A stretch of 32,557 nt of DNA from an uncultured euryarchaeote (GTDB taxonomy: Archaea > Thermoplasmatota > Poseidoniia > Poseidoniales > Poseidoniaceae). Location of the stretch: positions 1-32,557 of the forward strand of contig CALBRH010000039.1 in NCBI GenBank assembly GCA_937899865.1, in the 5' to 3' direction. The position numbers and the translations under genes were made by a program. This document shows positions 1 through 9,500 of this stretch, piece after piece. Below the pieces are notes generated by a model. The model was not told where the DNA came from. It was given only the letters and a program-made list of their open reading frames with translations, and ran no database searches. Numbering within the stretch: position 1 is the stretch's first letter; each line of letters begins with the position of its first letter.

Positions 1-55
1 AACTCGGGGCCTCTACCATGCCAAGGTAGCGATCTTCCAACTGATCTACACGCCC
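1..55 (-). tRNA. tRNA-Ala(GGC), 3' part cut off by the window edge
   Basis: Reverse complement reads GGGCGTGTAGATCAGTTGGAAGATCG-CTACC-TTGGCAT-GGTAG-AGGCCCCGAGTT. D arm present, anticodon stem CTACC/GGTAG, anticodon GGC, G at position 3. Confidence 0.9.
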
Positions 56-145
56 ATAGGGTTTGTAATTCGTTCCAAAAGCATTCCCACGATAAGCATT
101 TTCAATTAGCATACAGTTCATGAAGGGTCGATATGTCGACATTGC

Positions 146-694
146 ATGGCGGACTCTGGGATGCTTTCAGACACTCCAATCCCAGAGGATGAACCATATT
201 TTCCCGAAGGAGCCATAGTCGATTCCTTAGCTGTTCTTTCAGGTGTTACAGATGCAGTTTTTATGCCATGGATAGAGGATAGAATTAGTTTGATTTGGCT
301 AGAACCTAATGATGATCGCTTAGGAATTACAAGATTTGAAGAGGGCTCAACTGAATTAAATCGAAGACGCAGATTAAGACTAGATCCTGGTAAAGTAACT
401 ATTGGCTTACATCCAGCATTGCTCGAAGATGAGCAACTTTATCGCCATACTTTTGTCCATGAGTTTCTTCATGCTGCAGGACTTACACTTCATACTCCAT
501 TACACGATGAATTAACCAACAAAGTTGCTCCAACTCCAAAAATGTCAGAATCGCCATTACTTCAACGGCTTCGAGATTCTGTTCTTGGAGATCTAAAAGT
601 AAAAACTTGGTCTTGCGAACATTGTGGTTACACTTGGGATAGAACCACAGTTAGAAAACCAACTCGTTGCCATAAATGTGCTCGTCCGTTGTGA
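146..694 (+). CDS. SprT-like/M48-like HExxH zinc metalloprotein with C-terminal Zn ribbon
   Basis: HTFVHEFLHAAG..H motif, then CEHC...CHKC at the C-terminus. Family assignment is from motifs only. Confidence 0.6.
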   Translation: MADSGMLSDTPIPEDEPYFPEGAIVDSLAVLSGVTDAVFMPWIEDRISLIWLEPNDDRLGITRFEEGSTELNRRRRLRLDPGKVTIGLHPALLEDEQLYRHTFVHEFLHAAGLTLHTPLHDELTNKVAPTPKMSESPLLQRLRDSVLGDLKVKTWSCEHCGYTWDRTTVRKPTRCHKCARPL

Positions 695-740
695 AATAGC
701 ATCCTCAAAGTTCATCAAAGAGATACTTTTCGGGTGGTTT

Positions 741-816
741 GGACGTATAGTGTAGTTGGATATCACTCTGGCCTTCTAAGCCGGCGACCCGGGTTCGAAT
801 CCTGGTACGTCCGCCA
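741..816 (+). tRNA. tRNA-Arg(TCT), CCA encoded
   Basis: Acceptor stem GGACGTA/TACGTCC, anticodon arm CTGGC-CTTCTAA-GCCGG, T loop GGTTCGAATCC, ends GCCA. Confidence 0.95.
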
Positions 817-828
817 CCTAAATATCTC

Positions 829-853
829 AAATTTAGTTGCTGTCGCTAAATTT
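829..853. other. Perfect 8-bp inverted repeat between tRNA-Arg and eL41 (possible terminator hairpin or operator)
   Basis: AAATTTAG-N9-CTAAATTT. Function not determinable from sequence. Confidence 0.35.
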
Positions 854-869
854 CTTACATCAAATCTCC

Positions 870-886
870 CGATGCTCTCATATATG
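870..886 (+). promoter_or_regulatory. Putative BRE/TATA-like promoter for rpl41e-tRNA-Trp
   Basis: CGA-N5-TCATATAT ending about 27 nt before the ATG at 913. The same heptamer recurs at 17483 and 31994. Confidence 0.45.
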
Positions 887-912
887 GCATGTATGTGGGT
901 TGGTTGTTCACC

Positions 913-1020
913 ATGAAGAGAGGCTCACGTGCTTGGAAGAAATCTGGTAATCAAAGATGGAAGTGGCGCAAGAAGAAACTGCGACGCAGAAAGCGTGCTC
1001 GCCGACAGGCTAAGAACTGA
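913..1020 (+). CDS. rpl41e: Ribosomal protein eL41 (L41e/eS32), 35 aa, below the ORF-track cutoff
   Basis: Manual translation MKRGSRAWKKSGNQRWKWRKKKLRRRKRARRQAKN matches the archaeal L41e pattern KRSSRRWKKKG.MRWKW.KKRLRRLKR. Confidence 0.9.
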   Translation: MKRGSRAWKKSGNQRWKWRKKKLRRRKRARRQAKN

Positions 1021-1037
1021 TTCTGAAGGTGAACCGA

Positions 1038-1221
1038 GGGAGTATAGTATAGCTTGGTAGTATCGCGGGCTCCAGTTGCACAGGAATGAAGACGAGTGGG
1101 TTTGCTGAAGTTGATGACCAACTGGAGCGCCGACCTGTTGCATCCTGCTAACCTTGCCCATAATATGGGCGGTTCCAGAAGAAATCCGCTGGGGGGGGTT
1201 CAAATCCCTCTGCTCCCACCA
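1038..1221 (+). tRNA. tRNA-Trp(CCA) with 108-nt intron at 37/38 (1076-1183), CCA encoded
   Basis: Acceptor stem GGGAGTA/TGCTCCC, anticodon stem GCGGG(1065-69)/TCCGC(1185-89), loop CTCCAG|A, T loop TTCAAAT, ends ACCA. Confidence 0.93.
1077..1142 (+). ncRNA. Intron-encoded box C/D guide RNA for tRNA-Trp Cm34 (and Um39)
   Basis: Box C ATGAAGA 1086-92, D' CTGA 1105-08, C' TTGATGA 1111-17, D CCGA 1130-33. Terminal stem TGCACAGG/CCTGTTGCA. D guide 1119-1128 pairs 10 bp with 1069-1078 and its D+5 base G1125 is opposite C34 (1072). Same arrangement as the established euryarchaeal tRNA-Trp intron guide. Confidence 0.88.
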
Positions 1222-1281
1222 ATTAACAAAACATGAATATCTTGATGTGTGATTGGTTTTTGCTTGGGTTGAGGGAGAGTT

Positions 1282-3450
1282 ATGAAGCGACTATTAGCAG
1301 TGTTTCTGTGCGCAGTCATCTTTTTGCCATTAACCGGTTCAATTTACGATCAACCTGTTTACAATAGAGCCAATTGGTCGTCAATTGATGATTCTGGAAT
1401 TCATTGGATGAATCTTGAAGATACTTACCAAATTCCCATACAAGCTGAACCATCATGGGTAGAAGATAATCCAGAATGGTACGAAAGGTCAATCTATGAT
1501 GAAAATAAAAACGCAATCCATGATTCTATAGAAATTTCAGAAGTCCCAGTAGGCATGGGTATTTCTTACAATACTGAAGTCTCAGAGACTCATATCGCTC
1601 AATTAGAGCAGTTAGGAATCGAAGTTGTTGACGTTATTGAAGCGATAAACTCGGTTCTTATTGGAGTTCAAGAAGTATCATTAGCACAGACATTGGTAGA
1701 ACTTCCTAATGTTGTCATGGTACATCATTATGGTACTGTGGTATTCTATGGCGACATCCAAACACCCAATGTTAAGGCAAGAAATTCCTCAATATATCCT
1801 GACGCAGCATGGAACTTTGGCGTTACAGGTAAAGGTGTAAACATCGCAATGGTCGATACAGGAGTAGATAATGAACATCCCGGATTGGTTGGAAAGTTCG
1901 TTGCTGGTTATGATGCAGTTTGTTATTTACACACCGATCCAACTTGTGTTGCAGCAGGTCTTGGAGCCCGTGAGACAGACGGTTCTTATGACCCAGATGA
2001 TGGTAATCAACACGGTACAGCTTGTATAGGGATGTCATCGGCTACGGGTATTGAAGCAGATGGTAGTCAAAGCGAGTTTTATGGTTCAGCCCCAGATTCC
2101 TCTCTTGTCGATGTTAGAATAGGTACTGATGTTGGAGCAGGGCCATTTGAAAATTATCTTCTTGAACAAGAATTCTATGAGTCAGCGATGAATGGAATTC
2201 AGTGGATTATTGATAACAAAGATACTGCTTGGGCAGGTGTTGATGAAAGTCTGCATGGCATTGATATCATTTCTTTATCTTGGGGAATTACTTCTCACGA
2301 AGATGGTGGTTCAGATGGAACAGATATGCACAGTATGATTCTTGATGTTGCAATGGAAGAAGGTATTGTAGTCAGTGTTGCGGCAGGAAATGATGGGCCT
2401 AGTAATGATGGTCTTTCGGGCATGGGCTCTTCAGACCTTTCGATAACTGTTGGCGCTACTGATGATGGCAATACTATTACTAGAGATGACGATACAATCG
2501 CTTCTTACTCATCCCGTGGCCCTAGAAGAGATAATGGTGATGGCAATCCCCTCAACGAATTAAAGCCTGAAATAACCGCGCCAGGGACTAACATCATTCA
2601 AGCAGAAGGATGTGTAACATCTGGCTCATGCAATAATTTCCTTGGCGGCGATGCTTCATCCAATACTTACACGAGTAGAGGTTCAGGGACTTCATATGCC
2701 ACTCCTTCTGTGTCAGGAATACTGGCATTAATGATTGAAGCTAATGAGGACTTGTCTCCGTTTGAGATGAAGGAGATACTCAAGTTTACTGCAGAGCGTA
2801 AAGGTGAGCCTACTCAACCTGATGTAGATCCATACTGGAATCGAGATTTTGGTTGGGGTCTTGTTGATGCATATGAGGCAGTAAAATTGTCTATTGAGTT
2901 GAAGGAACAGAACTTGACAGGTAAAATAGACACAAACACTCAAGTTCATATTGAATCAATGGGCTTTGATAATGAATCAATGCTCTATGTAATCGATGGA
3001 GTTGCATGGGGTCAGATGGGTTCAGTAAATGCTGTTGAATATCGAATAAATGATGGTAATTGGATGTCTGCTGCATTTGAGGAATCTAATACTACTTTGG
3101 GTGCACTTGAAAGATTTGCTTGGTCAATCGCCCTTGATACAGATAAAATCGCTAAAGGTAACAATACCTTAGAAGTAAGAGGAATCAGCGACGATGGACA
3201 ATCACTTCCAGTAATTGTAACAGTTGCAGGAGATGGAAATTCTAATTCACATTCTGAATCATTGTTTGAAAAATTCCATCTTGATTTTATTTTCATCGCA
3301 TTATTCCTAATTGTAGTATTATTGTTATGGAATGCTAGAACCAGCAGTCCAGAAAACTTGACATTAGATAGTAATGAATCGATAAATAAAGTTCTCAAGG
3401 ATGACATGGATATCGCATCAGTAGTCGACGCTGAACTATTGGAAGGGTAA
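1282..3450 (+). CDS. Secreted, C-terminally membrane-anchored subtilisin-like serine protease (S8)
   Basis: Signal peptide MKRLLAVFLCAVIFL; catalytic motifs VDTG, HGT, AAGN (oxyanion), SGTSYATP; C-terminal beta-rich domain, TM FIFIALFLIVVLLLW and a short acidic tail. Confidence 0.92.
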   Translation: MKRLLAVFLCAVIFLPLTGSIYDQPVYNRANWSSIDDSGIHWMNLEDTYQIPIQAEPSWVEDNPEWYERSIYDENKNAIHDSIEISEVPVGMGISYNTEVSETHIAQLEQLGIEVVDVIEAINSVLIGVQEVSLAQTLVELPNVVMVHHYGTVVFYGDIQTPNVKARNSSIYPDAAWNFGVTGKGVNIAMVDTGVDNEHPGLVGKFVAGYDAVCYLHTDPTCVAAGLGARETDGSYDPDDGNQHGTACIGMSSATGIEADGSQSEFYGSAPDSSLVDVRIGTDVGAGPFENYLLEQEFYESAMNGIQWIIDNKDTAWAGVDESLHGIDIISLSWGITSHEDGGSDGTDMHSMILDVAMEEGIVVSVAAGNDGPSNDGLSGMGSSDLSITVGATDDGNTITRDDDTIASYSSRGPRRDNGDGNPLNELKPEITAPGTNIIQAEGCVTSGSCNNFLGGDASSNTYTSRGSGTSYATPSVSGILALMIEANEDLSPFEMKEILKFTAERKGEPTQPDVDPYWNRDFGWGLVDAYEAVKLSIELKEQNLTGKIDTNTQVHIESMGFDNESMLYVIDGVAWGQMGSVNAVEYRINDGNWMSAAFEESNTTLGALERFAWSIALDTDKIAKGNNTLEVRGISDDGQSLPVIVTVAGDGNSNSHSESLFEKFHLDFIFIALFLIVVLLLWNARTSSPENLTLDSNESINKVLKDDMDIASVVDAELLEG

Positions 3451-3467
3451 CAAAAAAAGGTGATTTT

Positions 3468-4616
3468 GTGAGAACATTTAGCGATAGAGCATTATCTATT
3501 CAGCCGACTGGCGTTAGGAAAATGTTTGATTTAGCAGGTGACGATACAATCTCTTTCGGCTTAGGTGAACCAGATTTCCAGCCACCTAAAGTTGCAATTG
3601 ATGCATTTCATCAAGCTATGCTTGATGGACACAACAAATACACAACCACAGCAGGTCTACCTGCATTAAGGGAGCAAATTGCGCAATCTTGGAATTTTTA
3701 TCAAGAAGGTCTAGATCAAAGTAATGTCTGCATTACAATGTCTGGGACAAATGCCTTGTTGAATCTGTTTCTAACACTGGTAAACCCTGGTGAAAATGTA
3801 CTCCTTCCAGAACCATATTTTCCACTCTATGGCCCAGATGTAACTATTTGTGGCGGTGAAGATCGATATTATCCATGTAAGTTTGAGAATGAATTCATCC
3901 CTAAAATAGAGGATTTGGAAGAACTGATTGATGAGAACACAGTTGCGATTTTGTATAATTTCCCAAGTAATCCAACTGGTGGAACCTTAACTGATGCTCA
4001 ACGTGATTCATTACTTGACTTTGCTAGGCGTCATGATTTGTGGATAATTAGTGATGAAGTATATGATCGGATTGTCTTTGATGGCAAACATGTTTCATTT
4101 ATGGGCGTGGATTATGATAAAGTGCTTATTGTCAATTCTTTTTCCAAAACCTTTGCTATGACAGGGTGGAGAATTGGATATATTATCTCGACTAATACCG
4201 AGGCTATGAGTCAAATAATTAAGATGCAGTATTACATTACTGCTTGTTCTAATGATGCTATGCAATATGCAGTACTTGCTGCGATGGAGAAGGCATCAGA
4301 TTATCCTGATTTAATTGCAAAAGAATTCAAAGAGCGCTGTGATTTGATAGTTGATCGATTAAATGAAATGCCAGGGGTTGAATGTCATAAACCCAAAGGC
4401 GCAATCTATGTATTTCCCAAAGTTAATGTTAAAGGGATGAATTCAGAAGAAGTTGCACTAGAATTACTCAAGGATGGAGTATTATGTTCGCCAGGTTCAG
4501 CATTTGGTCCATCAGGAGAAGGTCATCTAAGATTTGCTTATACAATTTCTAAAGAAGATATATCTCGCGGAATGGATAAAGTTGAGGCTACGTTGAAAAG
4601 ACTTAATGGGTTGTGA
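3468..4616 (+). CDS. PLP-dependent aminotransferase class I/II (aspartate aminotransferase-like)
   Basis: Motifs GLGEPDF, NFPSNPTG, SDEVY, NSFSKTFAMTGWRIGY (PLP lysine), HLRFAY. GTG start with GGTGA SD. Confidence 0.92.
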   Translation: MRTFSDRALSIQPTGVRKMFDLAGDDTISFGLGEPDFQPPKVAIDAFHQAMLDGHNKYTTTAGLPALREQIAQSWNFYQEGLDQSNVCITMSGTNALLNLFLTLVNPGENVLLPEPYFPLYGPDVTICGGEDRYYPCKFENEFIPKIEDLEELIDENTVAILYNFPSNPTGGTLTDAQRDSLLDFARRHDLWIISDEVYDRIVFDGKHVSFMGVDYDKVLIVNSFSKTFAMTGWRIGYIISTNTEAMSQIIKMQYYITACSNDAMQYAVLAAMEKASDYPDLIAKEFKERCDLIVDRLNEMPGVECHKPKGAIYVFPKVNVKGMNSEEVALELLKDGVLCSPGSAFGPSGEGHLRFAYTISKEDISRGMDKVEATLKRLNGL

Positions 4617-4623
4617 TTAGGTT

Positions 4624-5229
4624 ATGTCCCTATTTACCTCAGTAATATATTTCTCTTTAGGATTTTTTATATCATTTATTTTTCCTCGCTTACCTATAAT
4701 GTTAATCACTAGAACGAAGGGATTCAATACTACATTTCCAGCTCATCCAGAACCAATCCCTCTTTCACCCAAACTTACTCAGCGAGTATTACATATGAGG
4801 ATGATTTACTGGATGGGATTTGTAGCTTCAACAATTCCTCTTTTGTTTGGTCTAGCATCGATTAAGTGGGGTAATGCGCCATTTGGTTTTGGCTTATGGA
4901 TTTCTTCAGGATGGTTTATTCTCTCAAGAATGCAAACCTTTGTTGGTGGTCCAAAACCACCTTGGACATTAGAGATGGCGCAAAAACTTCAGTTGGTTTT
5001 GGATGAGGCAAAATCGGAATCAGCATGCTGTATCAAACCAAGTCCAGAATGGAAAATGTTGTCTATTTCATGTAATAAATGTGGCAAAGTTCTTGAAAAA
5101 ATACCAAGACCCGATTTAGGCAGAAAAAGAAAAGATGGCTTTTTTGCCGGCGGATTTAGACTACTACTTACCGATGGCTATCCTGTAATTGATAACAATT
5201 TAGGAGATATAGAGGATTCCGAGGAATAA
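4624..5229 (+). CDS. Hypothetical membrane protein (about 3 TM) with CC...CxxC putative Zn site
   Basis: Hydrophobic segments near aa 4-28, 62-80 and 85-100; SACC and CNKC motifs. No recognised family. Confidence 0.7.
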   Translation: MSLFTSVIYFSLGFFISFIFPRLPIMLITRTKGFNTTFPAHPEPIPLSPKLTQRVLHMRMIYWMGFVASTIPLLFGLASIKWGNAPFGFGLWISSGWFILSRMQTFVGGPKPPWTLEMAQKLQLVLDEAKSESACCIKPSPEWKMLSISCNKCGKVLEKIPRPDLGRKRKDGFFAGGFRLLLTDGYPVIDNNLGDIEDSEE

Positions 5230-5304
5230 TTCTACACTAAAAACCAATAATTCTGATGATTAACATTAGCAATCTTTGATAATAAAGTGAAGCAACGTTA
5301 CTTT

Positions 5305-6543
5305 ATGGCGGGTAAAGGTCGTAAAAAACCATTTAGTGCTCGTCTATGGCTAACAGTTGTTGCTCTTTGTCAAGTATTCTTGACACCTTTAATCGCTTTT
5401 ACTCTAACGTATCTTTTTGAATTCAGTTTCTTTGGTGAAAGTATTAACATTACATTTCAGAAAGAAATGATACCTTGGATTACTGCAGCATCTCTTATTT
5501 ATGGTATGGTAGCGCTTTTCCTTGCTTTAATTATAGGTGGCTATACACCTTTAGTTGTTATTGAAAATGGTGGTTGGATGAAATTTTTGAAGTTTTCACG
5601 CTCATCACGAAGTGCTACTCAAAGACGTATTGCAAGACAAAATTATGCATCTTCTCCACATGGGCAAATTACAGTTCTTGCACACAAACGGTGGCAACAG
5701 GGTCATTCAATCATTTCCACTCATGGTGGTTTGATTTTACTTGCAGTTCCATTCCAAGTACTATTAGCAACATTGCCATTGGCATTGGTTTTGATGGTTC
5801 CAGATAGTTTGATGAGAGAAAATAGAAGATTAGAGTTAGCATTAATATTGTATATTTTTACTCTGGGGACCGTTATGAAATATTATCCAAAATTAGCCAA
5901 CAAATATATTGGCATTGCTTCATTTACTAGAAAATGGCTAATTTCTATGACCAAGATATCGTGGCTGGCTCCAGTACTTATTTTATGGTTGATGGGTAGA
6001 ATGGCAAGCGTAGTAGTATTGGGGTGGATAGGTTCTGATATTGATTTAAACATAGATCTTGAAAAGTCATTCTTTGAATCAACACTTAACATCGGTTCAA
6101 TACCAGAAACCTCATTCCTTGACCTTATTGCTGCACTAGCAGTTATTCCGTTGGCCACTTTCACTACTTTGGCAGTTTTGGGTGCAGGTTCAGGAGACCC
6201 ACCTGAATGGATGATTGAAAATTTAGAATTGCAAGATTCTAAAGAAAAAGCAAAGGTAAGTGATGTTGTTGACAATCTGTCCAATACAGTCATCGCTCCG
6301 GAGGTTTCAGAAACTCTAACAAAAATCACTTCAAACAACAACTTACCAATTGTTGAAGAACCTATCCAAGAAGTAATTTCCCCTCAACCAGATTCATTTG
6401 AACCGATAATTAGCCCACCGGTTGAACAGGCTGAAATCGAAACACAGGATGACTTTGATTTCGAACATTTTTTTGACGGAAATTTTGGAGAAAACAACAA
6501 GCAACCATCTCATGATGAGCCTTCAATTAAAGGTTTAAAGTGA
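5305..6543 (+). CDS. Hypothetical polytopic membrane protein with acidic, low-complexity C-terminal tail
   Basis: Long ORF (ATG 5305; track GTG 5287), about 6-7 hydrophobic segments, E/D/P-rich tail. Confidence 0.7.
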   Translation: MAGKGRKKPFSARLWLTVVALCQVFLTPLIAFTLTYLFEFSFFGESINITFQKEMIPWITAASLIYGMVALFLALIIGGYTPLVVIENGGWMKFLKFSRSSRSATQRRIARQNYASSPHGQITVLAHKRWQQGHSIISTHGGLILLAVPFQVLLATLPLALVLMVPDSLMRENRRLELALILYIFTLGTVMKYYPKLANKYIGIASFTRKWLISMTKISWLAPVLILWLMGRMASVVVLGWIGSDIDLNIDLEKSFFESTLNIGSIPETSFLDLIAALAVIPLATFTTLAVLGAGSGDPPEWMIENLELQDSKEKAKVSDVVDNLSNTVIAPEVSETLTKITSNNNLPIVEEPIQEVISPQPDSFEPIISPPVEQAEIETQDDFDFEHFFDGNFGENNKQPSHDEPSIKGLK

Positions 6544-6586
6544 ATGTTTTAGTGAATTTTTTGCCAGTCAAACAACAATTACTTTC

Positions 6587-9500
6587 ATGTGTAGAACCTT
6601 CATGGCTCGAATGTTGATGATGATGAGAAGGCTCTCTTCGATTTCCCTTGTTACTTTGTTACTGTTACAAACACTTGCATTAAATTATGTTCCAGAAGCG
6701 GAAGCTGTTTCTGCTAGAGGTGGTGCAAAAGATGACTTTAGTATCTCCAGCATAGAATTAGGAAATACGTCGTTTGAACCCGAAATTTGGATTCAACCCG
6801 ATGGACAAATCCAAGAGTATTTGCTTCAAAATGATGAGGTTGAAGTAATAATAACAGTATCTAAGGATGGGCCAATCACTGGAACTCAAAAGCAAACAGA
6901 TGCTAAACTTGAGATTGTTCATCCAATCGGATTTGTAATTGAAACATTTTATTGGACTACTGACCTAATTGCTGGTGGCCAAGGATTCGAATATAGTCTA
7001 CTGTGGAATCCACAGGAAGCCCATTCTGTTCTAAATACAACAACTAACGAATTAACCGGTGGATTAATCCTTAGAGCATCGGTGAATTTTACTGACGATG
7101 ATAGAAATGACAACGATGTTATGGAAAAGCAAGTTCCTATCGCTGTACATAAGGATTTAATGGATGGAGAAGCCAATGGCAATATCTTGACATTTAGGCC
7201 TGCAAGGTATCCAATTGGCGGTGGTGATGCAAATAATTACGGCTCTTGGTATGAAGATAGTGACGATTCTGCAGTAGGTAATTCTCATTGGAGAATGTCA
7301 TTACCTGGCAACTCCTACCCATCTAGCGCTTTTGACAGACTAGTCCATTCCTTCAAAAACGGCAACAATGATTGTAGTGGAGATGCTCTTGACGCAGGAT
7401 TGTCGTCAATTAACCAGATACCTGTATGCAGAAAATTATTCCAATCTCAAGAATATATCTCTACACAAGTTCACCTACAAGCATGGGGTACAATGGGTGC
7501 AGGAGATGCAGCCTATCTAGAATTTTGGAACGGTAATGGTAACTTTTCAGATCCGTTACAATCAGTTCATTGGGACGTTGCAGCAATTAATCCAAGTCCA
7601 GTTCCAGGGCAATGGAAGAATATTTCATGGGATCCACAAACAGTATGGTCACAAAACCCAGCATTGATGAATCCAGATTTATTGCTTGGTGGTAATGCTT
7701 GGACCTTTGGCCTAGTTTTACGTTCTGATAGTTCAGGAGCAACTCAAGGTATGCACTTTGATGATTTTGTTCAGTTTGGTATTTCCAAAGTTGATGGATT
7801 TACTTTAACCGCAAATTGTGATAATCCAGTAGGTGGCTTTGAAACAGTTCCTAACGACCTTGTTTCCTGGAAGTGTTTGGTAACTAATAATGGTTACAAA
7901 AATGTTCAATTCCGTGCTGAAACAAATATTACCAATGCTTCTTGGATGGATCCAATAGTACCTCAATTACGTCTTGATACAACAAATCCAAATGATAATG
8001 ATTTTAATGTTGTTATTCCGCCAATTGGTCCTTTTGAAACAACAGAGGTTTGGGCAAATTTATCAATACCTCCTGGTGCAGATGTCCAAATTCAAGATTG
8101 GGAAATTTGGTTCACTGATGCTAGTTCAGCTAATACGGGAGAAAAAGCGCGTGTAGCGACAAAAGTTTCTATTAATTCACAATACAGCGTTAGACTAACA
8201 TCAACAACTTCACAGATTGCTCTCACTATGGATCCAGGGGAATCTCAATTATTGCCTTTCACAATTTTCAATACTGGTAATTTAGATTCTACTTTCCAAC
8301 TTAGTTCTACTTTTAGTGAGGACTTATGGTCTGGAACGGTACAAGATGAATTAGGTAATGCGATTACTTCATTGTTTATGCTCAAAGGGACATCAGCAAA
8401 CTTGAACCTACTTATTTCTGCAGAGCAGCAAGCCTCTCCAGGTCAAGTCAATATCAATATTAGAGCATCACGTACTAGTGGTGATGTAGTTGGGGACACA
8501 TTGTTGACACGAATTATCGATGTGCCAATTTATCGAGATTTTGATTTGGAGACAAGTTATACTCTATTTAGTGATGATAATGGCAGATTGTTTGTTGAAG
8601 GTTTTGCTAATGAGGAATCCAAATCAATACTAATGTCGTTATACAATAATGGAAACGATGAGGAATCTTACAATATTTCAGTAACCAATAATTTCCCAAT
8701 TAAATATCGTGAATCTGGTTCTTATGTCGATACATTACAATCTCCATTACTTGATGAGTGGGGAGGCTCATGGACTTTCTTCCTAAATCTACCAATGCCA
8801 ATTGGATTACCTGAAGGATTCTATGAGGTTATAGTTACTGCAACCAATGTTGATGATCCGTCACTTACAGTTAGTGAGGTAATCCCAGTCGAGATAAGAC
8901 AAACTGCTAGTGTTCATGTTGAAACAGATATTTCAGACCAGTCGTATATTCCAGGGGACATTGCTCAATCAATGACTTTTGAAGTAACCAATAATGGCAA
9001 TATTCCAGACACATTCAACATGAGTCTAAACCTGCCACAAGGAATGAATGCTCAGTTTACCAATTTGGTAAATGGTCAATTGACTCCAGTCATAGACAGC
9101 GGTGCGAGTTACAATGTGACGGTTGAGTTTTCTTTTGATAGCGGCGTTAGTGGTAATTTGCAAATGGTAATTATTGGAAAGAGTGAGTTTGACAACACAG
9201 TTGTTGCTAGTGGTGGCTCGACATACTCTGTAGGAAGCTCCAATCAGTGGCTTAAGATACTGCCATCTCAACAAGTAATTATCGATGATTTTGAAAATGA
9301 AGTAGTTCTTGAAGTTACAGTTAGAAATCAATACTCTAGTGCCCAATCGGTATCAATGGATATTGATTATGGCAATTCCAGTAGTTGGTATCAGTCTAGA
9401 ATCGATAGTAGCGACCGTCAATTTGTTCTAGGTACAGGTGATGATTCAGTTAGAGTGGTAACAATTCGATTTGAGGTTACTGAGGACACTTTGAAGAATT

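Noticed and set aside
734-916. 60-aa ORF
   Set aside because: Reads through tRNA-Arg; a shadow ORF.
925-1203. 92-aa minus-strand ORF
   Set aside because: Antisense to eL41 and tRNA-Trp, which explain the sequence.
1-1221. tRNA cluster as integration site of an island
   Set aside because: No integrase, no duplicated tRNA 3' end in the window and no compositional shift.
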